Positions 17,868-27,208 of a DNA stretch of 64,000 nucleotides are shown one piece after another. A model generated the notes under the pieces. It was not told the origin of the DNA, made no database searches, and saw only the letters and a list, made by a program, of their open reading frames with translations. A program made the position numbers and the translations under genes. This stretch comes from Kiritimatiellia bacterium. Its GTDB lineage: Bacteria; Verrucomicrobiota; Kiritimatiellia; RFP12; JAAYLN01. Every line of letters starts with the position of its first letter. The stretch's first letter is position 1. Where the stretch lies: assembly GCA_017962605.1 (NCBI GenBank), contig JAGCUY010000038.1, forward strand, positions 350 through 64,349, read 5' to 3'.

Positions 17868-20800
17868 CTACCTCATCATCAGCACGAAGGGGTTGACCTT
17901 GCGCCAGGTGACGCGCACCATGGCGGGGCTTGTCGCGGCGTCGTAGGTGTAGGAAAGCGACTCGACGACCTGCGCGTTCGACCACTGCGTTCCATCCCAC
18001 TCCTCCAGCTTGTAGCCATTAGGGGCGTCGTTGCCCGCTTCAACAGAGAAGGTGTAGGTGCCCTCGACGGCGTATGCGCCGGGGGCGGGGGTGGCGGTGA
18101 CGTCGAGGTCGTCGCCAACGGCCACCACGACGTTCGTGAAGGCCAGTTCGCCGAAGTATCGGGCGCTATCGACCTGGCGGTTGCGGACAAGCTCCTCGTT
18201 CGCGAGCGGGCGGTCGTAATAGCGGTAGGACTTCACGGTGCCGGTGAACGCCTGCGCTCCGTTATTGCCGCCGGCGCCGAGATAGGTCACGGCGACGGTT
18301 GTGGGTTCGAGGCCGAATCCGGACGTGGGGAGTCGCGAGGGGTTCCTCCAGCGCGTCGTTGTCGCGGGCGGAATCTCGGTGCCGTAGAACGCGGCCATGT
18401 AGCCGTCGCCCATGATGCCGGTCGCGTAGGTGAGATTGGCACCGAGATCGAGGCACGGGTCGCAGCGGGAGTCCGCAGTGGTGCCGGAGAACCCATGCGC
18501 GGCGAGGTCGACCCAAGAGTTCTTGTTGTTGCTGACGAACGAGAACGAGCCCGCCTTGTTCCAGGCGCCGGAGGCCATGAACACGTAGCCGCGCGGGGTG
18601 TCTCCGTTGTCGAGAGAGCCGCCGTTGTTCAGAGAATTGCCAATGCCCTCAACGAGCGTCTGCTGCGTCGATTTCGGCGAGACGACGAACGCTACGTAAT
18701 TGCTGAAAAACGATCTGTTGGCGAACGTAAAGCCGTTGTCCGTCCAAGTGCTGTCGCCGAGCCACGTGCTGGCACCGCCTTTTTTGATAAAGGACATGTC
18801 CCAGCCGCCAAACGGCGCGGAGTTTGCCCACGCCTTGGAGAGGCACGAGAAGCGATTGGTGACGTCGGGCAGCTCCGCCCCGATGTTCTTGATGCCGTCG
18901 TAGTTCAGGACAAGGCCGCCCGCGACGTAGTCCGTGATGTCGTAGTCTGCGGCTGTGAAGAGGGCGCCGGCCGCCTTCCACTGCCACGTAAGGCGAACCT
19001 TGGCGGGAGAGGTGGCAACGACATACTCGAAGGAGAGGACGCCGTCGTGCAAAACCGGCGAGTCCCAGCAACCTTCGGAGGCGTTCCACGCCTCCAGCGT
19101 GTAGCCGGTGCAGGCGAACTCGATGCCGCGCGCGTCGGTGCGGGTGGCTGGGGCGGTGAAGGTGTAGGTGCCGGAAATCTCGTAGGGTCCGATCTTCTCG
19201 TTGCCGTCCATGCCGAGACGCGATGAAGTCACCAAGACGTTCGTCACGGGCATCACGCCGTGGAATCGGTAGTCGTCAACCATCCGGTTGTGCTCAAGTT
19301 CCGCATCGGTGAGGACGCGGCCGTAGAAGCGGAAACTCTGAAGCGTACCGGTGAACTTGCGCCCCGAATTGTCGACTATGCCACCGATGCCGAAGTCGGT
19401 GGCGTTTTGGACAATCGGCGGTCCGGCCGTAAAGTCGCGGCGTGACGCGAGGAATCCGTTTACCACTGTCTGCTCTGTCGGGACGGATGTTCCCATGAAG
19501 GCCGCGCCGAACGTGTCGGCGAGAACCGCCGTGCAGTAGCGGACGGGAAGGCCGCGGAACTGCCCAGGCTTGGGACGCGTGTTGGAGTCTCCATAGCCGT
19601 GGACGGTCCAGTCGAACCATTCGTTGTAATAACTCGTGTCGAGGTCCCTGCGGAGGGAAAGCGAGCCGGCCTTGTTGAATTCCACACCCATGGCGTAGTA
19701 GATGTATGCCTCGTTGGAGTCGCTGCTTCCGTTGTAGGCTTTCTGGCCAAGACCATTTGCATCCACGGCCACTTGGATCGTCTGGTTCGACGGCAGGGTG
19801 AATGCCGCGCCGGGATGGAAGTAGGACTGGCGCTCAAAATGGTAACCGTCGTCGCGCCACTCGCCAGGGTCGGCACCCTCGGTGTTGATGACCTGGAGCG
19901 TCATGTCCCAGCCGCCGGCAGGGGCGAGGTTCTTCCATGCGGTCATGTTACTACTATGCGGCTGGTCGGCGCCGAGGTTGCGGATGCCGTCGTAGTGGAG
20001 GAGAAGGCCGTCCTGCACATAGTCGGCGGTCGTGTAGCGCGTCACGATGCCGTCGCCGGCCGTCCACTGCCAGGTGATGCGAACCCGCGACGTTTCCGTC
20101 ACGGCGCAGGACAGGGAGCCGCTGTGGTCTTCCGGGGCGCCCCAGTCGCCGGTGGCATCGTCCCATGCTTCGAGCGTGTAGCCCGTGCAGGTGTAGGCAC
20201 GTCCATCAACCGTCTTCGAAGCAGGGGTGGAGAAGGTATAGCCGCTGGCATCGACCGCATAGGCACCGGCCTTCTCGTTGCCCGAAACGTTGGCAACCGC
20301 CGAGGCGATCACCGCATTCGTCACGGGAATTGCGGAAACAAGCTTGCCGAAGAAACGGGCGTCGTCAACGGCGCGGTTCCAGATGAGTTCATCGGTGGAG
20401 AGAACTTTGTTTGAATAAAGGCGAAAGCTCTTGATAGAGCCATTTAACGAATCAGAACCATTTGGTTGCCCACCAATTGCCCAGCTCCCCATAGTACGAG
20501 AAGGAAAGACAACATCCGTCTTGGTTGGATAACGCCCCGGCGTTGAAGTCGGTTCTTCAGTACCCGAAAAGGCCGCCGTGTAAGTTTCGTTGGCCAAAGC
20601 CGTAAGATACGAGAATTCAGTGCCGTTCCATTTGGGGCGGTCCGTCGTATATGCATGCGTGTTGTACCAAATCTGCTTTGTATTTTTATCACGGATTGAT
20701 ACAGACCATGTTTGCCAGTATGTGTTGTCGCTCCCCACCTGCCCTGGGAACCACACGTATCCAAGAGAACTTATATTAGCACACGTGGCATCCATCAGCA

Positions 20801-21143
20801 CTTGAGTCGTCTGCTTTCCAGGGACGACAAGATTACTGGACATCTCGCGGAATACCGTGCCGTTGTTGAACAGATAGCCATTATCAAGCCAATTCGTCGT
20901 GGCACCGCTTGTTTTCGCGTAGAAGGACAAGTCATGCGTCCCAGGGTTTGCAAGGTTCACCCACGTTGTCGTTGTCATGGAGTGCGGCTGGTCGATGCCA
21001 ACATTGCGGATGCCGTCATAGTTCAGCACAAGGCCCTCCTGCACATACGAGTCGGCGTCGTAGTTGCCCGTAGTCCAATACTTGACGCCGGCGTGGGCGG
21101 AGGCGGCGGCGAGGGCGCAGAGCGCGAGGGCGAGTTTCTTCAT
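17868..21143 (-). CDS. Secreted protein of three ~350-aa modules (jelly-roll/LamG-like + InlB-B-repeat-like)
   Basis: The start is ATG 21143 (signal peptide MKKLALALCALAAASAHA). Each module opens with YVQEGLVLNYDGIRNVG / YVQDGLLLHYDGIRNLG / YVAGGLVLNYDGIKNIG. Each closes with SFRLYSNKVLSTDELIWNRAVDDARFFG-type and CTGYTLEAW...TWQW-type segments. The protein ends ...KVNPFVLMMR. Confidence 0.85.
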   Translation of the reverse strand: MKKLALALCALAAASAHAGVKYWTTGNYDADSYVQEGLVLNYDGIRNVGIDQPHSMTTTTWVNLANPGTHDLSFYAKTSGATTNWLDNGYLFNNGTVFREMSSNLVVPGKQTTQVLMDATCANISSLGYVWFPGQVGSDNTYWQTWSVSIRDKNTKQIWYNTHAYTTDRPKWNGTEFSYLTALANETYTAAFSGTEEPTSTPGRYPTKTDVVFPSRTMGSWAIGGQPNGSDSLNGSIKSFRLYSNKVLSTDELIWNRAVDDARFFGKLVSAIPVTNAVIASAVANVSGNEKAGAYAVDASGYTFSTPASKTVDGRAYTCTGYTLEAWDDATGDWGAPEDHSGSLSCAVTETSRVRITWQWTAGDGIVTRYTTADYVQDGLLLHYDGIRNLGADQPHSSNMTAWKNLAPAGGWDMTLQVINTEGADPGEWRDDGYHFERQSYFHPGAAFTLPSNQTIQVAVDANGLGQKAYNGSSDSNEAYIYYAMGVEFNKAGSLSLRRDLDTSYYNEWFDWTVHGYGDSNTRPKPGQFRGLPVRYCTAVLADTFGAAFMGTSVPTEQTVVNGFLASRRDFTAGPPIVQNATDFGIGGIVDNSGRKFTGTLQSFRFYGRVLTDAELEHNRMVDDYRFHGVMPVTNVLVTSSRLGMDGNEKIGPYEISGTYTFTAPATRTDARGIEFACTGYTLEAWNASEGCWDSPVLHDGVLSFEYVVATSPAKVRLTWQWKAAGALFTAADYDITDYVAGGLVLNYDGIKNIGAELPDVTNRFSCLSKAWANSAPFGGWDMSFIKKGGASTWLGDSTWTDNGFTFANRSFFSNYVAFVVSPKSTQQTLVEGIGNSLNNGGSLDNGDTPRGYVFMASGAWNKAGSFSFVSNNKNSWVDLAAHGFSGTTADSRCDPCLDLGANLTYATGIMGDGYMAAFYGTEIPPATTTRWRNPSRLPTSGFGLEPTTVAVTYLGAGGNNGAQAFTGTVKSYRYYDRPLANEELVRNRQVDSARYFGELAFTNVVVAVGDDLDVTATPAPGAYAVEGTYTFSVEAGNDAPNGYKLEEWDGTQWSNAQVVESLSYTYDAATSPAMVRVTWRKVNPFVLMMR

Positions 21144-21189
21144 GGTGTTGATCCTGGTTAAGTTTATTGTTGTCGGCATGGCCCGCAGG

Positions 21190-22446
21190 TCACACGACCT
21201 CGCGGATGTCTATTATTATACACCACTGGCAAACCCAAAAGTTATACAATTTGGAAAAATAATATTTCGCGTGTTCCTTCCGCCATTGGCGCATCGAGAC
21301 GCCATATCGGCGAGTGAACAGTTTGTGGAGGGCGATTTCCGAACGAAAGCCGCATTGGAAGTAGATCGCGCCTATGGGCACGTCTGGGCGCGCGAGAAGC
21401 GACAGCACTCGCTCCAGGCGGACATGCAAAATCTCGTCAAGAACCGAATGCCCCATCGCCTCGCGGAAGCGTAGGTCAAAGAGGCGGCGGGTGCCGGGGA
21501 AACGCGCGGCGAGTTTTTCCGCCGTGAGGCCGTCGCACGCCTCGGTGCGAATCATCTCAACGGCCTTGGCGACGCTCGGCTCGCGCCGGCCTCTACCGCG
21601 CGTGGAGTCGCGCCGCGTCACCATCAGCGGGCCAATGGAAACGGAAGTGGCCAATGCATTCCCAAGCATCTTCGCCGCTTCGTAGCCGAAGCGCTCGAAG
21701 TCAAGCCGGACGCTAGTCACAGATGGCGCAGGAGGCTTCCACTTCTGCTCGATGTCGTTTACCCCGACGAAGGTGAGATCATGCGGAACGAGGCGGTGTT
21801 CCTCGATGGCGAAGCCGGACACGTCGGCGGCGGTGAGGTCTGTGGCGCAGAATACGCCGCAGCGTGGCGGCAGTCCACGCACGAAGTCGTGTAGGCGCGA
21901 AACGCGCTCCGCATCCGACTCCCTGCGATACTGGAATGGGAAGAAGGGCAGCTTGGCCTCTCGGGCCAAGAAGGCAAAGGCCGAACCGCGCTCCCGAGAC
22001 CAGAGGCGGTTCCAGCGGCCGCCAATGAAGGCGAGCGCTTCCGGATTGCCCGACATCAGTTCGCGAAAGGCGAAGCGTGCGATTTCCGCGTTATCCATCA
22101 CCACGCGCGCTACGCCCTGCCGGCACAGTTCCCGCGATGGATCGACATATACAACGGGAATTTTCCCAAACAGGCGCGGCGAAGGATTCAGGCGGCCGCC
22201 AGAGTTCACAACACATCCAAGCGGATGGAGGCGGCGCAGCGTCTCACGCAGGGCGGAGGTCAGCTGCGCCTCATCTATTGTCACCTCAAGGGCCTTCCAC
22301 CCATGCGCAGCAGCATGGCGACGCACTCCCGCCATCTCGGCGGCGACACTCCGCGCTTCAAAATGCGTCGAATGCAAATACAGGATGCCGTTGAAGGGAG
22401 CATCCCTTCTTTTTCCATCATCCTGAATCAAACGGCGGGTGGTCAC
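21190..22446 (-). CDS. XylR-like regulator (sugar-binding domain + AraC HTH), second copy
   Basis: The N-terminus GILYLHS..AAHGWKALEV aligns with NIVYFQY..ASAGWRVQVI of the first copy. The AraC HTH is ...FQCGFRSEIALHKLFTRRYGVSMRQWRK. The GTG start overlaps the aconitase stop (GTGA). Confidence 0.8.
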   Translation of the reverse strand: MTTRRLIQDDGKRRDAPFNGILYLHSTHFEARSVAAEMAGVRRHAAAHGWKALEVTIDEAQLTSALRETLRRLHPLGCVVNSGGRLNPSPRLFGKIPVVYVDPSRELCRQGVARVVMDNAEIARFAFRELMSGNPEALAFIGGRWNRLWSRERGSAFAFLAREAKLPFFPFQYRRESDAERVSRLHDFVRGLPPRCGVFCATDLTAADVSGFAIEEHRLVPHDLTFVGVNDIEQKWKPPAPSVTSVRLDFERFGYEAAKMLGNALATSVSIGPLMVTRRDSTRGRGRREPSVAKAVEMIRTEACDGLTAEKLAARFPGTRRLFDLRFREAMGHSVLDEILHVRLERVLSLLARPDVPIGAIYFQCGFRSEIALHKLFTRRYGVSMRQWRKEHAKYYFSKLYNFWVCQWCIIIDIREVV

Positions 22447-24365
22447 AAGGTCGCGAGAAGTCCGCCGGCGAGAATGGCCTTGCGCTCACGCTCTGAGAGG
22501 TTGGCCGTGACAACGAAGTCAAAGTCCTTTGTCTCGTCGCGAAGCGTGATGGCGGTGCCGCCCTCGATGGCCGCGCGCAGGCCATGCGCCACGATGCGGT
22601 CGCCCTGCGCCACGCGGTCGTAGTCGGCCGGGTCTGAGAAGATGCACGGCACAATGCCGAAGTTCACGAGGTTGGCCTTGTGGATGCGCTCGATGGACTT
22701 CGCCACGACGAGGCGGACACCCAGGAACATCGGGCACATGGCCGCATGCTCGCGGCTTGACCCCTGCCCATAGCTCTCACCCGCCACGATTACGTTGGCG
22801 AGGCCATCGCCCTTGTTGGCGAGGGCGCGGTCGTGGAAGGTCGCGTCAACGGGCTCAAAGACGTAGTGCGCGTAGAGCGGGACGTTGGAGCGGAACTTCA
22901 GGCGGGCTCCGGCCGGCATGATGTGGTCGGTCGTGATCTTGTCGCCGACCTTGATCGTGGCCACGGCCGCAAGGTCATCGGGCAACGGCGTGCCTTTCGG
23001 GACTTCGCCGATGTTCGGGCCGCGCACGATTTCCGCGCCAGGGACGCCCACACCGGCGGTATCGCGGTAGAGGAACATCGAGTCGTCGAGGGTGAAGCGC
23101 TCCGGGAGCGAGACAGGTTGCGGCGCCAGCGGGCGCGGGTCCGCGAATGCGCCGGCGAGGGCCGACGCCGCGGCAGTCTCGGGGCTGACCAGATAGACCT
23201 GCGCGCTCTTCGTGCCGGAGCGCGCCTCGAAGTTTCGGTTGTTCGTGCGGAGGCTGACGGCGTTGGTGGATGGCGACATGTGCGCGCCAATGCAGAAGCC
23301 GCAGGCATTCTCGAGGATTCTGCAGCCAGAGGCGATAAGCGTGGAGAGCAGACCTTCGTCGGCGAGCATCCGGAAAACCTGGCGCGAGCCGCACGCGATG
23401 CCGACTTCGACATCGGCCGCGACACGCTTGCCTTCGAGCATCTTTGCGACTGTCTTGATGTCGCGGTATGACGAATTGGTGCAGGAGCCGATCATCACCT
23501 GGTTGACCTTCATCCCGGCCAGCGACGCGACCGTGACGACGTTGCCAGGCGAGTGCGGCGCGGCGGCAAGCGGCTCAAGAGCGGAGAGGTCGATGTCGAA
23601 AATCTCATCGTAGGTGGCGTCGGCGTCCGGCGCGAGCGGGACGAAGTCGGCGCCACGCCCCTGCGCCTCCAGGAAGGCGCGGGTCACGTCGTCGGATGGG
23701 AAGAGTGAAGTGGTGACTCCCAGTTCCGCGCCCATGTTGCAGATTGTGGCGCGGGATGGGACGTCGAGCGTGGCCACGCCGGGGCCGAAGTATTCGACGA
23801 CCTTGCCGACGTTGCCCTTGGTGCCGTAGCGCTCAAGGACCTTCAGGATTACGTCCTTGGCAGACACACCGGGGCGGAGCGCACCTGTGAGGCGGACGCC
23901 GATGGTGCGCGGCCAGGCAATGTGGAAGGGGCCGCCGCCCATCGCCACTGCCACGTCGATGCCGCCCGCGCCCATGGCGAACATGCCGATGCCGCCGCCT
24001 GTGGGCGTGTGGGAATCGGAGCCGATCAGCGTCTTGCCCGGGATGCCGAAGCGCTCAAGGTGAAGCTGGTGGCAGATGCCGTTGCCGGGCTTGGAGTAGA
24101 TCACGCCATAGCGCCGCGCCACCGACTGGAGATAGTCGTGGTCGTCGGCGTTCTCAAACCCCACCTGGACGGTGTTGTGATCGACGTAGCTTACGGCCAG
24201 TTCGGCGCGCACGCGGTCAAGGCCCATGCTCTCGAACTGGAGGTAGGCCATTGTGCCGGTGGCGTCCTGCGTGAGGCACTGGTCAATGCGGATTGCGACC
24301 TCCTCGCCGGGGTTCGTGCCGCCGGCGACGCGGTGCGCGGAAAGGATTTTCTGAGTGAGGTTCAT
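22443..24365 (-). CDS. Aconitate hydratase (single-chain ~640-aa form)
   Basis: It starts MNLTQKILSAH at ATG 24365. It has IDQCLTQDATG, GSDSHTPTGGG, GSCTNSSY and the swivel-domain motif GESYGQGSSREHAA of the aconitase superfamily. Confidence 0.9.
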   Translation of the reverse strand: MNLTQKILSAHRVAGGTNPGEEVAIRIDQCLTQDATGTMAYLQFESMGLDRVRAELAVSYVDHNTVQVGFENADDHDYLQSVARRYGVIYSKPGNGICHQLHLERFGIPGKTLIGSDSHTPTGGGIGMFAMGAGGIDVAVAMGGGPFHIAWPRTIGVRLTGALRPGVSAKDVILKVLERYGTKGNVGKVVEYFGPGVATLDVPSRATICNMGAELGVTTSLFPSDDVTRAFLEAQGRGADFVPLAPDADATYDEIFDIDLSALEPLAAAPHSPGNVVTVASLAGMKVNQVMIGSCTNSSYRDIKTVAKMLEGKRVAADVEVGIACGSRQVFRMLADEGLLSTLIASGCRILENACGFCIGAHMSPSTNAVSLRTNNRNFEARSGTKSAQVYLVSPETAAASALAGAFADPRPLAPQPVSLPERFTLDDSMFLYRDTAGVGVPGAEIVRGPNIGEVPKGTPLPDDLAAVATIKVGDKITTDHIMPAGARLKFRSNVPLYAHYVFEPVDATFHDRALANKGDGLANVIVAGESYGQGSSREHAAMCPMFLGVRLVVAKSIERIHKANLVNFGIVPCIFSDPADYDRVAQGDRIVAHGLRAAIEGGTAITLRDETKDFDFVVTANLSERERKAILAGGLLATL

Positions 24366-24403
24366 CGAAGATGCTTGGAAGTTTTGCGCTGACGCGCCTA
24401 TTT

Positions 24404-24494
24404 CAAATCTCAAATCTTGAATCTCAAATCTTGGATTCCAAATTTCAAATTTCAGATTTCAAATTACAGATTCAAGATTCAAGATTCAAAAAAC
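24404..24494. repeat. AT-rich heptanucleotide array, 13 units
   Basis: Hand-phased as CAAATCT CAAATCT TGAATCT CAAATCT TGGATTC CAAATTT CAAATTT CAGATTT CAAATTA CAGATTC AAGATTC AAGATTC AAAAAAC. It abuts the stop of the upstream oxidoreductase gene and ends about 38 nt before the aconitase start. Confidence 0.9.
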
Positions 24495-25651
24495 TATTTT
24501 GAGATGAGGTCGTTGAAGCCGAGGTCCGTCCCGACCATCTGCACGCCGACCACCACTCCGTCGCCGCGCACGACTTTGAAGCGGGCAGAGCCTGCCGGCG
24601 GCTTCCCACCAGTCACCTTGGCGAGTGTGGCGTAGGAGTTCTGCTCGGCGGTCTGGCCCCATGCGCAGATGGTTATTCCCTCGCATGTCATGCGCGTGGG
24701 GTATTGCTTCGGCGTGTAAATGGATGGCTCGGTGGTTTCGGAGGCGATCACGGCGTTGCGTCCGGCAATCCTCCCCTGCTCTATCGCGGCCATTACCGAG
24801 GAGCGCGTGATTGCGCCGAACTGGACGCAGTCGCCGGCGGCATAGACATCGGGGGCGCTCGTCTGGAGCGTCTCATCCACGCAGATGCCACGGTCGGTGG
24901 AAAGGCCCGCGGATTGCGCCAGCGAGAGGTTTGCCTTGGAGCCGACGGAGAGGATGACCATGTCGACGTCAAGCGTGGACTTCGCGCCGGCGAGGCGCAG
25001 GCAGACCTTGGAGGCGATCTGTGATGCGCCAGTCACCGAGGCGTCGGTAATGACCTCGACGCCTGCGTCGGTCACGCGCTTGCGGAGAATCTTCTCCGCG
25101 GGCTCGTCGAGAAGCGGACGCAACAGGCGCGGGCCTTTCTCGACAATGATGGCCTTCTTGCCGGCCTTAGTGGCACGCAATGCGGCCTCGACGCCAATCA
25201 GGCCGCCACCGATGATGGCTATGGTCTGGCCGCGCTTGCAGTGGCGCGCGATCTTGCGGGCGTCCTCCGCCGACCAAAGCGTATAAAGCGATGGCGAGGC
25301 CATGAGTCCCGGGATGATGGGCTTCAGCGGGTTGGCGCCGCCAGCCAGGACGAAGGCGTCGAAGAGCTCCTCGCCGTCGAGAGTCTTGAGGAGGTGGTTC
25401 TCAAGGTCGATGCCGGTGACGGCAGTGTCAAGCCTAAGCTCAATGCCGTTCTTCGCATACCACTCTACAGGGTGGAGCGGCGGCGGGTTGTCGTCGCGGC
25501 CGGAAAATGCCACTGCCGGGAGCGATGGCCGCCCGTATGGGGGGATGCTCTCGCGGGAGAAGAGCGCCACTGCCTCTGCACCGGCCTTGCGCGCGGACAT
25601 CGCCGCCTCTATTCCAGCGGGTCCTGCTCCAATTACTGCTATGCGCTTCAT
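24494..25651 (-). CDS. NAD(P)/FAD-dependent pyridine nucleotide-disulfide oxidoreductase (ferredoxin/rubredoxin-reductase-like)
   Basis: Contains MKRIAVIGAGPAGIEAA (FAD GxGxxG), IAIIGGGLIGVEAA (NAD GxGxxG) and YAAGDC. Its start overlaps the nfo stop (ATGA). Confidence 0.85.
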   Translation of the reverse strand: MKRIAVIGAGPAGIEAAMSARKAGAEAVALFSRESIPPYGRPSLPAVAFSGRDDNPPPLHPVEWYAKNGIELRLDTAVTGIDLENHLLKTLDGEELFDAFVLAGGANPLKPIIPGLMASPSLYTLWSAEDARKIARHCKRGQTIAIIGGGLIGVEAALRATKAGKKAIIVEKGPRLLRPLLDEPAEKILRKRVTDAGVEVITDASVTGASQIASKVCLRLAGAKSTLDVDMVILSVGSKANLSLAQSAGLSTDRGICVDETLQTSAPDVYAAGDCVQFGAITRSSVMAAIEQGRIAGRNAVIASETTEPSIYTPKQYPTRMTCEGITICAWGQTAEQNSYATLAKVTGGKPPAGSARFKVVRGDGVVVGVQMVGTDLGFNDLISK

Positions 25652-26502
25652 AGTTCCTTCAGTCTCCTTATCTCATCGGCCCATTTGGCCTCGTCGGGCG
25701 TCTCTAGCACGAGCGATATGCCGTCGAAGCGGGAGTCGTCCATGATTCTTTTAAAAGTCTGCCAGCCCAGTTGGCCCTCGCCAATTTGGGCATGCCTGTC
25801 GGTATGCGAGCCGCATTCCACCTTGGTGTCGTTGAGGTGCATTCCGCGCAGCCGCCCGAAGCCGACGATGCTGTCAAAGTCGGCGAAGGCGCGGCGGAAG
25901 CCGTCTGGGGTCGCAATGTCGAATCCGGCGCCGTAGGCATGGGCGGTGTCGATGCAGACGCCCACGCGGGACTTGTCGGCGACATGCTCGATGATGAGCG
26001 CCAGCTCCTCGAAGCGCGAACCCAAATAGGACCCCTGCCCCGCCGTGTTCTCCAGGACGATGTCCACTTCCGGAACTGCCGCCAGGACCTTGTCGATGCT
26101 GTCCGCGACGCGCAGGCAGGCATCCTCAGGCGTTCCGATCTTGACGTAGCTGCCGGGGTGGACGTTGATCATAGTGAGCGACAGCTGGCGGCACTTCTCC
26201 ATTTCGCTCACGAGCGACTCGATGGACTTTTCGCGCGCATCGTCCATTGGCGAAGCCAGGTTGACCAGGTATCCAGCATGAGGCAAAATGTAGCGAGGCT
26301 CGATGCCTGACTTGGCCAAGTTGGCGGCAAAGGCCTTGACCGCAGCGTCGCCGATTTTCGGCGCAGTCCACATCCTCTGCGACTTAACGAACAGGGCGAA
26401 TGCGCCGGCGCCGATGGCGGCGGCGTTCAGTGGCGCGTTGTAGATGCCCCCGGCGGTGGAGACATGCGCCCCAACGAACTTCCCCTTGTGGCGGTCAACC
26501 AT
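25648..26502 (-). CDS. nfo: Deoxyribonuclease IV (AP endonuclease, family 2)
   Basis: Contains GAHVSTAGG, NVHPGSY, LENTAGQG, CIDTAHAYGAG and MHLND motifs. 284 aa. Confidence 0.93.
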   Translation of the reverse strand: MVDRHKGKFVGAHVSTAGGIYNAPLNAAAIGAGAFALFVKSQRMWTAPKIGDAAVKAFAANLAKSGIEPRYILPHAGYLVNLASPMDDAREKSIESLVSEMEKCRQLSLTMINVHPGSYVKIGTPEDACLRVADSIDKVLAAVPEVDIVLENTAGQGSYLGSRFEELALIIEHVADKSRVGVCIDTAHAYGAGFDIATPDGFRRAFADFDSIVGFGRLRGMHLNDTKVECGSHTDRHAQIGEGQLGWQTFKRIMDDSRFDGISLVLETPDEAKWADEIRRLKEL

Positions 26503-27142
26503 AGAACCCTGCCTTTCTCAAAGACTCCTCCGTAAGGCCGCCACCAGAGGCAGGTCGAGAGAGAATCCGCGCCACGTATTTGCCGATGACGTCGGCCTCG
26601 AGGTTCACAGGCGAACCGGCGGCGAGACGGTCAAGGCTCGTGGCTTTCAGCGTGTGCGGGATGACATTCACGGCAATCATTGCGTCGCCGACCTCGGTAA
26701 GGGTGAGGCTCACGCCGTCTATGGCGACGGATCCTTTTTCCACGCAGATGCGCGCGAAGCCGGGGGTGCATGAAATGCGGATGACGCGGTCGCGGCCTGC
26801 TGGCGCGACCTCCGCGACAACGCCGACCTCGTCCACATGCCCCTGCACGATATGGCCGCCGAAGCGACCGTCGGCGCGCATGGCGCGTTCGAGATTCAGC
26901 GGAGCGCCTATCGCCAAAGAGCCAAGCGCCGTGCGCCGCAGGGTTTCGTCGAGGAGGTCGGCTTCAAATCCATTCGGGGAAAGGGCGGCGACTGTGAGGC
27001 ATGTGCCCTGCACCGCCACGCTCTCTCCTAGGGCAAGCGGGTCGTCATCGGAAAAGGGCGCGCCTACGGCAAGGCGCCAGCCGCCGCCATTGCGGCGGCG
27101 ACCTTCCAGCGTCCCGACTTTTTCTATCAGACCGGTGAACAT
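26495..27142 (-). CDS. ribE: Riboflavin synthase
   Basis: MFTGLIEKVGT... plus the second lumazine-binding repeat ...GGHIVQGHVDEVG... 215 aa. It overlaps nfo by 8 nt. Confidence 0.93.
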   Translation of the reverse strand: MFTGLIEKVGTLEGRRRNGGGWRLAVGAPFSDDDPLALGESVAVQGTCLTVAALSPNGFEADLLDETLRRTALGSLAIGAPLNLERAMRADGRFGGHIVQGHVDEVGVVAEVAPAGRDRVIRISCTPGFARICVEKGSVAIDGVSLTLTEVGDAMIAVNVIPHTLKATSLDRLAAGSPVNLEADVIGKYVARILSRPASGGGLTEESLRKAGFYG

Positions 27143-27208
27143 TGCCCTTTGCTTCCGAATTTCCTAACACGCATGATACAAAAAAACGCGCAGTTTAGCA
27201 ACTGGCTT

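Noticed and set aside
24417-24635. The ORF MNLKSWIPNFKFQISNYRFKIQDSKNYFEM... across the AT-rich array.
   Set aside because: It is simply the translation of the heptad repeat from a TTG start, and it overlaps the oxidoreductase gene on the opposite strand.
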